Virus record (IMG/VR): IMGVR_UViG_3300016474_000192
Span: 1 to 37,692 of that record
From: a virus
DNA length: 37,692 bases
Reading direction: 5' to 3' (one strand)
Below, one piece after another: positions 14,547 to 23,235 of this stretch. The notes under the pieces were generated by a model. That model was given only the letters and a program-made list of their open reading frames with translations, was not told the DNA's origin and did no database searches. Numbering within the stretch: the first letter of the stretch is position 1; every line of letters starts with the position of its first letter. The position numbers and the translations under genes were made by a program.

Positions 14547-14948
14547 ATGGCTAACGCACTGTACCCTAAGTGGAAGGAGCAGTTGCTCCAATTTACGGCG
14601 AACAACGACCTGTCCGCCGGAACGGTCAAGGTTGCGCTGGTCACGTCCGGCTACACCTATTCCGCCACACACCAATTCTATAGCAGCGTCAGCGCGTCGG
14701 TTGTCGGTACACCACAGACTATCGGCAGCAAAACTTTCACCAACGGCGTCTTTGACGGCGCGGACGTAACGTTTTCGGCGGTAACAGGTTCCCAAGTGAC
14801 CCGTTTGGTCATCTACATCGACACCGGCAGCGCGGCGACATCGCCGCTGGTGGCGTATCTAGACACCGGCGTCACCAACCTGCCTGTAACCCCCAACGGC
14901 GGCGACATCGCGATTACGTGGAACGCCTCCGGTATCTTTGCTTTGTAA
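14547..14948 (+). CDS. Conserved phage virion-associated protein, 133 aa (function unknown)
   Basis: MANALYPKWKEQLL...VKVALV...ATHQFYSSV...DVTFSAV...PLVAYLDTG...PVTPNGGDI. I recall this pattern from many phage structural modules. AAGGA SD. Confidence 0.75.
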   Translation: MANALYPKWKEQLLQFTANNDLSAGTVKVALVTSGYTYSATHQFYSSVSASVVGTPQTIGSKTFTNGVFDGADVTFSAVTGSQVTRLVIYIDTGSAATSPLVAYLDTGVTNLPVTPNGGDIAITWNASGIFAL

Positions 14949-14969
14949 TCAACAACTTAGGAGCGCGGC

Positions 14970-15611
14970 GTGACCGTAAGTCTCAAGCACTCCTTCCAGT
15001 CGGCCAAGGCGGACGGCGGCGACACCAGCATCGTCCGGCCTTCCGACTGGAATGCCGAGCACGCGCTGACCATGGCGGCGGACAGGCTGCTCGGACGCAC
15101 GACGGCGGGCACTGGATCGGCGGAGGAGATCAGCGTCGGAACCGGGTTGTCGCTGTCCGGCGGCAGCCTGAGCAACAGCGGCGTAACCAGCTACCCCGGC
15201 GCGGGCCTCGCGGTGTCTACCGGCTCCGCATGGGGGACATCCAAGACCTCGCCTACCGGCGACGTGGTCGGCACGACCGACACGCAGACGCTGTCCGGCA
15301 AGACGATCACCGGCACCAAGGAGACGGTCTTCACGATCACCGATGGTTCCTCGGTGGACCTCGATCCGGCCAACGGCGGCATCCAGACGTGGACGCTGGG
15401 GGCCTCGCGCACCCCGACCGCGACGAACTTCACTGCCGGGCAGAGCATGACGCTGCTGGTGGATGACGGCTCGGCCTACACAATCACTTGGACGACTATC
15501 GGCGTGACGTGGCTCGACAGCGCCTCGGCCCCGACGCTCCAGACGAGCGGCTACACGATCATCGAGTTGTTCAAGGTCGCCTCGACCGTCTACGGCTTGG
15601 CGAGGCGCTGA
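14970..15611 (+). CDS. Fibre-like protein, 213 aa
   Basis: GTG start after TAGGAG. PSDWNAEH motif, which I recall as common at phage fibre N-termini. Gly/Ser/Thr-rich beta sequence. Confidence 0.65.
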   Translation: MTVSLKHSFQSAKADGGDTSIVRPSDWNAEHALTMAADRLLGRTTAGTGSAEEISVGTGLSLSGGSLSNSGVTSYPGAGLAVSTGSAWGTSKTSPTGDVVGTTDTQTLSGKTITGTKETVFTITDGSSVDLDPANGGIQTWTLGASRTPTATNFTAGQSMTLLVDDGSAYTITWTTIGVTWLDSASAPTLQTSGYTIIELFKVASTVYGLARR

Positions 15612-16684
15612 TGTCGCACCACAGCCGCAGGGGTATTTTGGCGCGTGGCGCGGGGGCCGGTGTAACCACGTACTACGTGGCTGTTAGCGCCACAACCACA
15701 CCTTACATCCATGCGTATCCGTGGGACGACACGACAGGATTTGGAACTAAATTCGCGAACCCTGCGTCACTGCCGACGACCTATACTGCGGGCTTGGCGT
15801 TCACGAACAGTGGCAATGCGCTTGCTGTGGCATGTAGCAATATCTCAACAACGAGGGCCATCTCGGTATATCAGTGGTCCACATCGGGGTTCGGGACGTT
15901 ATACACAAACCCGACGACACCTTTGGGGTTTGACGCACAGCCAACCTATTGCTGCGCTTTCAGCCCATCGGACGATGCTATCGTCATGGGTGCTTATAAT
16001 GCTCCATATGCACTTGCTTATGCGTGGTCGTCATCCGGCTTCGGCACGCAGTACGCTGACCTTACCATTGGAAACAGTGCGCGGGTATACAGCGCGGCGT
16101 TTACCCCCTCTGGAAATGCGGTTGCATTTGCACATGCAGGAACAAGCCGAATAGCGGCATTCCCGTGGTCTTCCTCTACGGGTTTCGGAACAAAATTCGC
16201 CAACCCAGCCACGATTCCGACTGGATCACCTTTCGACGTAGCATTTAATTCAGCGGGAACTGCTGTAGCCTTCGCGCACAATACTTCACCGTGGGTATCA
16301 GCATACCCTTGGTCCTCATCTGGTTTCGGAACAAAATTCGCCAACCCAGCCACTCTTCCGACCGGGACGGGGCGCGGCGTAGCCTTCAGTCCGGCGGGAA
16401 CTGAAATCGCTGTCGCACATGCGATCACGCCGTTTGTTTCCGCCTACGCATGGTCTTCGTCAGGATTTGGCTCAAAATTCAGCAATCCTACGACCCTTCC
16501 GGCGGGTGATGGGTACGGCGTGTCGTTCTCTCCGACCGGCAACGCAATTGTAATTACCCACCTCAACACACCATTCGTCGCCGCTTACGCTTGGTCGTCA
16601 TCTGGGTTCGGGGCGAAGTACAGCAACCCCAGCACCGTTCCCACCAACGCGAACAAGGTCGCATTTGGAAAGATCACAGCATGA
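15611..16684 (+). CDS. Seven-bladed beta-propeller repeat protein, 357 aa (putative receptor-binding or fibre-distal module)
   Basis: Seven units of about 47 aa with the signature (A/P)W(S/D)SSGFG(T/S/A)K(F/Y)(A/S)NP. ATGA-type overlap with the upstream gene. Confidence 0.8.
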   Translation: MSHHSRRGILARGAGAGVTTYYVAVSATTTPYIHAYPWDDTTGFGTKFANPASLPTTYTAGLAFTNSGNALAVACSNISTTRAISVYQWSTSGFGTLYTNPTTPLGFDAQPTYCCAFSPSDDAIVMGAYNAPYALAYAWSSSGFGTQYADLTIGNSARVYSAAFTPSGNAVAFAHAGTSRIAAFPWSSSTGFGTKFANPATIPTGSPFDVAFNSAGTAVAFAHNTSPWVSAYPWSSSGFGTKFANPATLPTGTGRGVAFSPAGTEIAVAHAITPFVSAYAWSSSGFGSKFSNPTTLPAGDGYGVSFSPTGNAIVITHLNTPFVAAYAWSSSGFGAKYSNPSTVPTNANKVAFGKITA

Positions 16685-16941
16685 ACCTTGAACAGGAACG
16701 CCTCGACATCCTCACGCAGGCCGCAGATGCCCGCGAGCGCGAAGTCATGCACTACCAGATCAACATCGACAACTATGAGCGCGCCATCGCTGAGATCATG
16801 GCGAACCACCCTGAGATGGGCGAGTTTGCCGACCGGCTGCGCGAACTGCTGGCGTCGAGCCGCGTCGAGCAGGCCAAGGAGCGCGTCATGCTCAAGGTCA
16901 TCCGCGACCAACTGGAGGAAGCCGCATGTACGTCCTCGTAA
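16681..16941 (+). CDS. Hypothetical helical protein, 86 aa
   Basis: ATGA overlap with the propeller gene. Coiled-coil-like sequence. Confidence 0.65.
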   Translation: MNLEQERLDILTQAADAREREVMHYQINIDNYERAIAEIMANHPEMGEFADRLRELLASSRVEQAKERVMLKVIRDQLEEAACTSS

Positions 16942-17399
16942 CCGGCGATACCGCCATCTACTACACGGTCACCGACCTGCGGCGCGACAACCCGGATGTG
17001 TCGTTCCCGGTGCCGACGCCCGACAGCACGTTGGCCGAGTTCAATGTCTACCCGTGCCAATCGGTTCCCCCGCCGAGCGTGGACTACACCCAGAACCTGA
17101 CGATGGGGCCTCCGGCGCCCAACAATGGTGGGTGGGAACAGACTTGGATCGTGGCCCCGGCATCGCCCGAGGAGATCGCGGAGCGCGAGGACGCTATGCG
17201 GCAGGCGAACAAGCAGGAGGCCTCTCAGCTCCTGACCGAGAGCGACTACACTGACCTGCCCAACACGGCGGACAAGATCGAGAACATCAACGAAATCCTC
17301 GCCTACCGCGAGGCCCTGCGCGTGATCGCGGTCAATCCGCCGGTCACCGTAGACACTTGGCCGACGCGCCCCGCGACCGTGTGGAAGCCGCCGCTCTGA
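16926..17399 (+). CDS. Tail-fibre assembly chaperone-like protein, 157 aa
   Basis: GGAGGAA SD. C-terminal LLTESDYTDLPNTADKI...YREALR resembles the fibre-assembly/chaperone motif (ESDW..LPD). Confidence 0.5.
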   Translation: MYVLVTGDTAIYYTVTDLRRDNPDVSFPVPTPDSTLAEFNVYPCQSVPPPSVDYTQNLTMGPPAPNNGGWEQTWIVAPASPEEIAEREDAMRQANKQEASQLLTESDYTDLPNTADKIENINEILAYREALRVIAVNPPVTVDTWPTRPATVWKPPL

Positions 17400-17421
17400 T
17401 CTGATATAACTGGAGGCGGCC

Positions 17422-17964
17422 ATGGTAGATCAAGCCTTTCAAACGGACGCCTTCCAAGGTGACGCCTTCCAAGTCGGCACGTCTACCCAGACGCTGCTGC
17501 CTTCGCTGTTCAGCAACACGAACACGTTCTACAGTGCCACGGTGACGCCCGGGGCGGTGACGCTAGCGCCCAGCCGATATGACAACACGAACACGTTCTA
17601 TGCGGCGACCATAACGCCGGGCGTAGTTACGCTGCTGCCCGTAACCTACAGTAATACAAACGTTTTCTTTGGCCCCTCGATACAGCCGGGCGCCGTAACC
17701 TTACAGCCCGCGCTGTATGCCAATGACAACGCATTGTACGCGCCGACCGTTTCGGCCAGCAACACGCTGCAACCAGCACGGTTAGATAACGTAAACGCGT
17801 TCTACAGCCCGGCTATTTCGGCTGGCGGCGTCGTGCTGGCGCCGTCTTTATACACCAACGACAATACACTGTTTCCCCCGACGGTTACGCAGTTATTGCC
17901 ACCGCCCGATTCTTTCGATATATTGGTGCAGATACGCTCGTTCACAGAGCGGAGGAGATTTTAA
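17422..17964 (+). CDS. Repeat protein, 180 aa (six repeats of 22-23 aa)
   Basis: The unit L.P..Y.N.N.FY...(V/I).PG.VT occurs six times. GGAGG SD. Confidence 0.75.
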   Translation: MVDQAFQTDAFQGDAFQVGTSTQTLLPSLFSNTNTFYSATVTPGAVTLAPSRYDNTNTFYAATITPGVVTLLPVTYSNTNVFFGPSIQPGAVTLQPALYANDNALYAPTVSASNTLQPARLDNVNAFYSPAISAGGVVLAPSLYTNDNTLFPPTVTQLLPPPDSFDILVQIRSFTERRRF

Positions 17965-18269
17965 TGGCTATCAACCTGAAGGCCGTAACTGACTGTTTTG
18001 GCTACCAGCAGATCACCAGCCTTAGTTCTGCGGTCGGTCTTACTGTCCCCCAGCGCGACGCTACGGGCCTCAACGCAAAGCCGGTCATCGCGCTTATTAC
18101 CGCTGAAACGCAGGGCGTCCGTTGGCGCGATGACGGTGTGGACCCAACTGCTTCGGTCGGTATGCCTCTCGCCGCTGGCGTAACGCTCCAGTACGACGGT
18201 GACTTGAACAAAATCAAGTTCATCGAACAGACCGCCAGCGCCAAGCTGAACATCTCCTATTATTCGTAA
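17964..18269 (+). CDS. Hypothetical protein, 101 aa
   Basis: TAATG overlap with the upstream gene. GGAGGA SD. Confidence 0.7.
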   Translation: MAINLKAVTDCFGYQQITSLSSAVGLTVPQRDATGLNAKPVIALITAETQGVRWRDDGVDPTASVGMPLAAGVTLQYDGDLNKIKFIEQTASAKLNISYYS

Positions 18270-18278
18270 GAGGGTGCC

Positions 18279-18767
18279 ATGAACGTCTCCAACGACACGC
18301 CCGCCACTGACTTCGTAGACTACTTCACGAAGCAACTACCCATCGACCTAGCCAACATGGCCGCGCTGCGCGACGAACTGGCCAAGCGTCAGGGCGCCAT
18401 GAGCGCTGTCGAAGCGTCTCTGGCGGACCGCGCCAAGGCTGCTGACGAACTGGCCGCTGCCAAGGAGCAGGCCGCAGGTCTGGTCGCAGACGCCAAGGTG
18501 AAGGCCAAAGAAGCTGACGACGAACTGGCCGCTGCCAAGGCGCAGGCTAAGGATATGGACGCCAAGGCCAAAAAGAAGCAGGCCGAACTGCTAGCCCGCG
18601 AAGAAGCCGTTGCAAGCGCTGAAAAGCGTGCTGCTGACGCGGCTGCGGCGCTGGAAGGCCGCGAACGCAACTTGGCCGACGCTGAAGCCAAACTGGCCGC
18701 AGACCGCGCGGCGTTCGATCAAAAGTTTAAGGAATTTCAGGCAAAGGTCGCTTCGATCACTGCCTAA
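18279..18767 (+). CDS. Ala/Lys/Glu-rich coiled-coil protein, 162 aa
   Basis: Long heptad-like AAAKEQAAGLVADAKVKAKEADDELAAAKAQAKD. AGAGGG SD. Confidence 0.7.
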   Translation: MNVSNDTPATDFVDYFTKQLPIDLANMAALRDELAKRQGAMSAVEASLADRAKAADELAAAKEQAAGLVADAKVKAKEADDELAAAKAQAKDMDAKAKKKQAELLAREEAVASAEKRAADAAAALEGRERNLADAEAKLAADRAAFDQKFKEFQAKVASITA

Positions 18768-18818
18768 CAACAACCGTACTAGTGCGGTTCACTAGGTGAC
18801 TTGAGAGGTCAAAACCAC

Positions 18819-19610
18819 ATGGACGATAATGTCCCCATTGAAGCGGAAGTGCCCGCGCCGGAACTGGAAGCCACGGCAGCAGTCCAGCCCGAAGAAAACG
18901 TAACGCCGGAAACGCCTGTCGAAGAAGAAGCTACCAAGACTTTCACACAGGAAGAATTGGACGCGATTGTCGGCAAGCGTCTTGCAAGAGAACAGCGCAA
19001 ATGGGAGCGCGAACAGCAGCAACGTCTAGCTGAACAGGAAGCCCGTCAACGTGCGCCAGCGCCCGCTGACCTAACCCCTGACCAGTTCGACACCTACGAC
19101 GACTACGCAGAGGCTTTGGCCGAACGTAAAGCGGAGGAATTGCTGGCGAAGCGGGAAGCCGCCCGTCAGCAGGCAGAACTGCTCGAAGCCTACCACGACC
19201 GGGAAGAGGTTGCGCGGGACAAATACGATGACTTTGAACAAGTCGCGTACAACCCCGAACTGCCTGTAACGGAAGTAATGGCGCAGAGCATCCAAGCCTC
19301 GGATGTTGGCCCCGATGTCCTTTATTGGCTCGGCTCCAATCCCAAGGAAGCTGCGCGTATTTCCCGTCTACCTACGATCTTGCAAGCAAAGGAAATCGGA
19401 AAGATTGAAGCCGTTATGACTTCAAATCCGCCGGTCCGTAAGACTTCAACCGCCCCGGCACCGATTGCACCTGTCACTGCTCGTTCCAACGGAACGCCGC
19501 GCTATGACACTACCGATCCTCGGTCTACCAAGACCATGAGTACGTCGGAATGGATTGAAGCGGAACGGCAGCGGCAGATCAAGAAGTACGAGGCACAACG
19601 TAACCGCTAA
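18819..19610 (+). CDS. Scaffolding protein (positional call)
   Basis: 263-aa acidic/helical protein immediately upstream of the coat gene. ATG at 18819 follows GAGAGG. Confidence 0.65.
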   Translation: MDDNVPIEAEVPAPELEATAAVQPEENVTPETPVEEEATKTFTQEELDAIVGKRLAREQRKWEREQQQRLAEQEARQRAPAPADLTPDQFDTYDDYAEALAERKAEELLAKREAARQQAELLEAYHDREEVARDKYDDFEQVAYNPELPVTEVMAQSIQASDVGPDVLYWLGSNPKEAARISRLPTILQAKEIGKIEAVMTSNPPVRKTSTAPAPIAPVTARSNGTPRYDTTDPRSTKTMSTSEWIEAERQRQIKKYEAQRNR

Positions 19611-19625
19611 TTTGGGATTACTACC

Positions 19626-20834
19626 ATGTCGAATTCAATTCTTACGATTGACATGATTACTCGCAAGGCTCTTGAAATCCTTGAGAATAATCTTGTCCTG
19701 ACCCGCAACGTGAACCGCCAGTACGACGACAGCTTTGCTGTTGAAGGCGCCAAGATCGGTTCGACCCTGCGTATCCGCCTTCCCGACCGCGCTCTCGTCA
19801 CCGACGGCGCTGCCCTTCAGGTGCAGGATGACAACGAGCAGTTCACGACCCTGACCGTTGCCAGCCAGAAGCACATTGGCGTTAACTTCACCACTGCTGA
19901 AATGACCATGCAGTTGGATGACTTTGCTGACCGCGTTCTCAAGCCGCGTATTTCGCAGCTTGCCGCCAGCATCGACGCTGACGTTGCCAACGCGTTCAAG
20001 ACCGTCGGCAACTCGGTCGGCACCCCCGGCACCACGCCGTCCACTTCGCTGGTTCTGCTTCAGGCCCAGCAGAAGCTGAACGAAAACGCTGCTGTGATGT
20101 CGCCGCGCTACGCAACCGTTAACCCGGCTGCTAACGCTGGTCTGGTCGAAGGCATGAAGGGCCTGTTCAACCCGACCGACACTGTCAGCCGCCAGTTCAA
20201 GAACGGCATGATGGGTACGGGCGTACTTGGTTTCGACGAAATCAATATGTCGCAGTCCATCAAGCAGTTCACCACTGGTTCGCGTTCGGCTACCGGCGGC
20301 ACCACCTCGGCTGCTATCACGTCGGAAGGCGCCACCACCATTTCGATCACTGGCGCTGGCAACGGTGCTACGGTCAAGGCTGGCGACGTGTTCACTGTGG
20401 CTGACTGCTACGCCGTCAACCCGCAGACCCGCGAAACCACCGGCTCGCTGTTCCAGTTCGTTGCTCTGGCGGACGTGACCCTGAACGGTTCGGGCGCTGG
20501 CGACATCACGGTTGCCCCGATCTATTCGGCTGGCCGCGCTCTTGCCACCGTCAACACCCTGCCGGGTAACAGCAAGGCTGTCGTGTTTACGGGTGCCGCC
20601 AGCACTCCGTACGCGCAGAACCTTGTCTACCACAAGGACGCCATCACCTTCGCAACCGCCGACCTTCTGCTGCCGCAGGGTGTCGATATGGCGTCGCGTC
20701 AGGTGCACAACGGCATCTCGCTCCGCGTTGTCCGTCAGTACGACATCAACAACGACCGCCTGCCCTGCCGTATCGACGTTCTGTACGGCTACAGCACCAT
20801 TCGTCCGCAGATGGCCTGCCGCGTCTGGGGTTAA
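19626..20834 (+). CDS. Major capsid protein, P22 coat (gp5)-like
   Basis: 402 aa. The C-terminal VYHKDAITFATADLLLPQGVDMA...LPCRIDVLYGY parallels P22 gp5 VFWADDAIRIVSQPIP...LCRIALWYGV. Followed by a hairpin terminator. Confidence 0.9.
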   Translation: MSNSILTIDMITRKALEILENNLVLTRNVNRQYDDSFAVEGAKIGSTLRIRLPDRALVTDGAALQVQDDNEQFTTLTVASQKHIGVNFTTAEMTMQLDDFADRVLKPRISQLAASIDADVANAFKTVGNSVGTPGTTPSTSLVLLQAQQKLNENAAVMSPRYATVNPAANAGLVEGMKGLFNPTDTVSRQFKNGMMGTGVLGFDEINMSQSIKQFTTGSRSATGGTTSAAITSEGATTISITGAGNGATVKAGDVFTVADCYAVNPQTRETTGSLFQFVALADVTLNGSGAGDITVAPIYSAGRALATVNTLPGNSKAVVFTGAASTPYAQNLVYHKDAITFATADLLLPQGVDMASRQVHNGISLRVVRQYDINNDRLPCRIDVLYGYSTIRPQMACRVWG

Positions 20835-20842
20835 TCAGACAA

Positions 20843-20875
20843 CGGCCCCCGGTTCGCCGGGGGCCGTATTCTTTG
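20843..20875 (+). terminator. Post-capsid intrinsic terminator or attenuator
   Basis: 10-bp stem CGGCCCCCGG/CCGGGGGCCG with a TTCG loop, then TATTCTTTGT. Confidence 0.6.
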
Positions 20876-20885
20876 TGAGGTTTAC

Positions 20886-21092
20886 ATGGCCGTCATCTAT
20901 CTTGTTCACCCTAAACATGGCGCGAAAGTCGCTATTTACGAAGAAGAAGCGATTTGTGATGAAATGAACGGCTGGGAACGCTATAATCCCGACACGCCTA
21001 CGCAAGAGGCGGACGTTGACGACGAAGAACCCGTCAACGAAATGGCGGTACCCAAGCGCCGTGGACGCCCGCGCGCTACGCAGGATAGCTAA
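20886..21092 (+). CDS. Hypothetical acidic protein, 68 aa
   Basis: GTGAGG SD. Coherent sequence. Confidence 0.65.
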   Translation: MAVIYLVHPKHGAKVAIYEEEAICDEMNGWERYNPDTPTQEADVDDEEPVNEMAVPKRRGRPRATQDS

Positions 21093-21094
21093 AC

Positions 21095-21805
21095 ATGACG
21101 ACCGCAGGCGATCTGATTAACGGCTCTCTCCGGCTTCTAGGTGTGCTGGCCGAAGGTGAAACGCCTTCGGCTGAAACGTCGCAAGACGCGCTTGCCGCCA
21201 TGAACCAGATGATTGATAGCTGGAATACTGAACGTCTGTCGATCTTTTCCACGCAGGACCAAGTTTTCACATGGCCTGCCGGTCAAGCCAGCCGCACGCT
21301 TGGCCCTAGCGGCGATTTCGTAGGAAATCGCCCAATTCTGCTCGACGACGCAACGTATTTCCGCGACGCGTCCACCAACGTCAGCTACGGCATCAAATTC
21401 ATCAACCAGCAGCAGTACGACGGGATTGCGGTTAAGACCGTGACTTCGACGTACCCGCAGGTCATCTTTGTGAACAATACGTTCCCGGACGTAACGATGT
21501 TCGTGTACCCGGTCCCGATCCGCGCACTCGAATGGCATTTCGTTTCGGTCGAAGAACTGACAAAGCCCGCTCTGCTTAACACCGTGCTGTCTTTTCCGCC
21601 GGGTTACCTGCGTGCGTTCCGCTATAATCTGGCCTGCGAACTGGCACCTGAATTTGGCATGGAGCCGACGCCACAGGTCATGCGCATCGCCATGACCAGC
21701 AAGCGCAACCTGAAGCGCATCAACAACCCCGACGACATCATGTCCATGCCGTACAGCCTAATCGCTACGCGGCAGCGGTTTAACGTCTACGCAGGGAACT
21801 ACTAA
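21095..21805 (+). CDS. Head-to-tail adaptor (P22 gp4 / T7 gp11-like)
   Basis: AGDLINGSLRLLGVLAEGETPSAE...MIDSW parallels P22 gp4 GDLVRAALRKLGVASD...MMAEW. FRYNLACELAPEFG parallels FHNLACRIAPDY. Confidence 0.8.
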   Translation: MTTAGDLINGSLRLLGVLAEGETPSAETSQDALAAMNQMIDSWNTERLSIFSTQDQVFTWPAGQASRTLGPSGDFVGNRPILLDDATYFRDASTNVSYGIKFINQQQYDGIAVKTVTSTYPQVIFVNNTFPDVTMFVYPVPIRALEWHFVSVEELTKPALLNTVLSFPPGYLRAFRYNLACELAPEFGMEPTPQVMRIAMTSKRNLKRINNPDDIMSMPYSLIATRQRFNVYAGNY

Positions 21806-23235
21806 TGAAAACGCCGATCCTTGGGTCGGCGTATGTCGCCCGCAGCGTCAACGCCGCCGACAGCCGCATGGTAAATTTGTTCCCGGAAATCGTACCCGAA
21901 GGCGGCAAAGAGCCTGCCTTTCTACAGCGCGCACCCGGTCTTACTGAACTGACTACGGCAGGTATTGGCCCTATTCGCGGCGCGTGGGCGTTTGGCAATA
22001 ACGCGTACGTTGTATCAGGGAATACGCTTTATCAGATAAACGACCAATGGGCGTCGTTTGCGAAAGGTATTGTGGCCGGTACTGGTCCGGTCAGCATGGC
22101 TGATAACGGGACGCAGCTATTCATAGCAGCCAACCCGCAGGGCTACATATACAACGCTGTCACGGACACGTTTCAGCAGATTACGGACCCAGACTTCCCC
22201 GGCGCTGTCACCGTAGGCTACATAGACGGGTATTTTACCTTCAACGAGCCAAACAGCCAAAAAGTATGGGTTACGGCGCTATTGGAAGGCACTGCGGTGG
22301 ACCCGCTAGAATTTGCCAGCGCCGAAGGAAACCCTGACAACGTAGTCGCCGTGTTTGTGGACCACCGCGAAGTTTGGGTGTTTGGTAACACCTCTACCGA
22401 AGTGTGGTACAATTCCGGCGAAACCGATTTTCCGCTGACGCGCATTCAAGGCGCGTTCAACGAACTAGGTTGCGCGGCTCCGTACAGCATAGCCAAAATG
22501 GACAACCAGATTTACTGGCTTGGTAAGGACGCGCGCGGTCAAGGTATCGTGTACCGCGCAGCCGGATATATAGGTCAGCGCATTTCGACGCACGCTATAG
22601 AATGGCAGATGCAGAAGTACGCCGATATGTCCGACGCGGTCGGCTACACATACCAGCAAGACGGCCATAGCTTTTATGTGCTAAACTTTCCTAGCGCGGA
22701 TACGACTTGGGTGTTCGACGTAGCGACGGGGGCGTGGCACGAACGCGCGTCGTTTGAAAACGGTCAGTTCAACAGGCATCGCGGCAATTGCCAGATGTTT
22801 TTTAACGGCCAAACGGTCATCGGCGATTATCAAAACGGCAAACTGTACAAGTTCGACCTAGACGCATACGACGACGACGGGCAGCCGCAAAAATGGCTGC
22901 GTTCGTGGCGCGCGTTACCGACCGGCGCTAACAACCTCACCCGCACCATTCAGCATTCCCTGCAACTTGATTGCGAAACGGGCGTGGGCATCAGCGTAGG
23001 ACAGGGCAGCAACCCCCAAGTCATGCTGCGCTGGTCGGACGACGGGGGGCATACATGGTCTAATGAGCGCTGGGCGTCTATGGGGCGTATCGGTAGGTCT
23101 GGCACCCGCGTTATCTGGCGTCGTCTTGGCGCGACTACAAAAATCCGCGACCGCGTCTACGAAGTATCTGGCACCGATCCAGTACGCGTCTACATCATGG
23201 GTGCCGAGATTAACCTTAGCGGGACACGCGCCTGA
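21805..23235 (+). CDS. Tail hub / packaged-DNA stabilisation protein (P22 gp10-like)
   Basis: 476 aa (P22 gp10 is 472 aa). FLQRAPGL, YVVSGNTLYQI and the C-terminal RVIWRRLG parallel gp10 YLRSFPGI, VYRVCGGKLYK and RVLWKRVG. Follows the adaptor as in P22. Confidence 0.75.
   Translation: MKTPILGSAYVARSVNAADSRMVNLFPEIVPEGGKEPAFLQRAPGLTELTTAGIGPIRGAWAFGNNAYVVSGNTLYQINDQWASFAKGIVAGTGPVSMADNGTQLFIAANPQGYIYNAVTDTFQQITDPDFPGAVTVGYIDGYFTFNEPNSQKVWVTALLEGTAVDPLEFASAEGNPDNVVAVFVDHREVWVFGNTSTEVWYNSGETDFPLTRIQGAFNELGCAAPYSIAKMDNQIYWLGKDARGQGIVYRAAGYIGQRISTHAIEWQMQKYADMSDAVGYTYQQDGHSFYVLNFPSADTTWVFDVATGAWHERASFENGQFNRHRGNCQMFFNGQTVIGDYQNGKLYKFDLDAYDDDGQPQKWLRSWRALPTGANNLTRTIQHSLQLDCETGVGISVGQGSNPQVMLRWSDDGGHTWSNERWASMGRIGRSGTRVIWRRLGATTKIRDRVYEVSGTDPVRVYIMGAEINLSGTRA

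Noticed and set aside
18779-18795. CTAGTG/CACTAG hairpin upstream of the scaffold gene as a terminator
   Set aside because: The stem is 6 bp with no U-tract. At most it is an intercistronic stability element.
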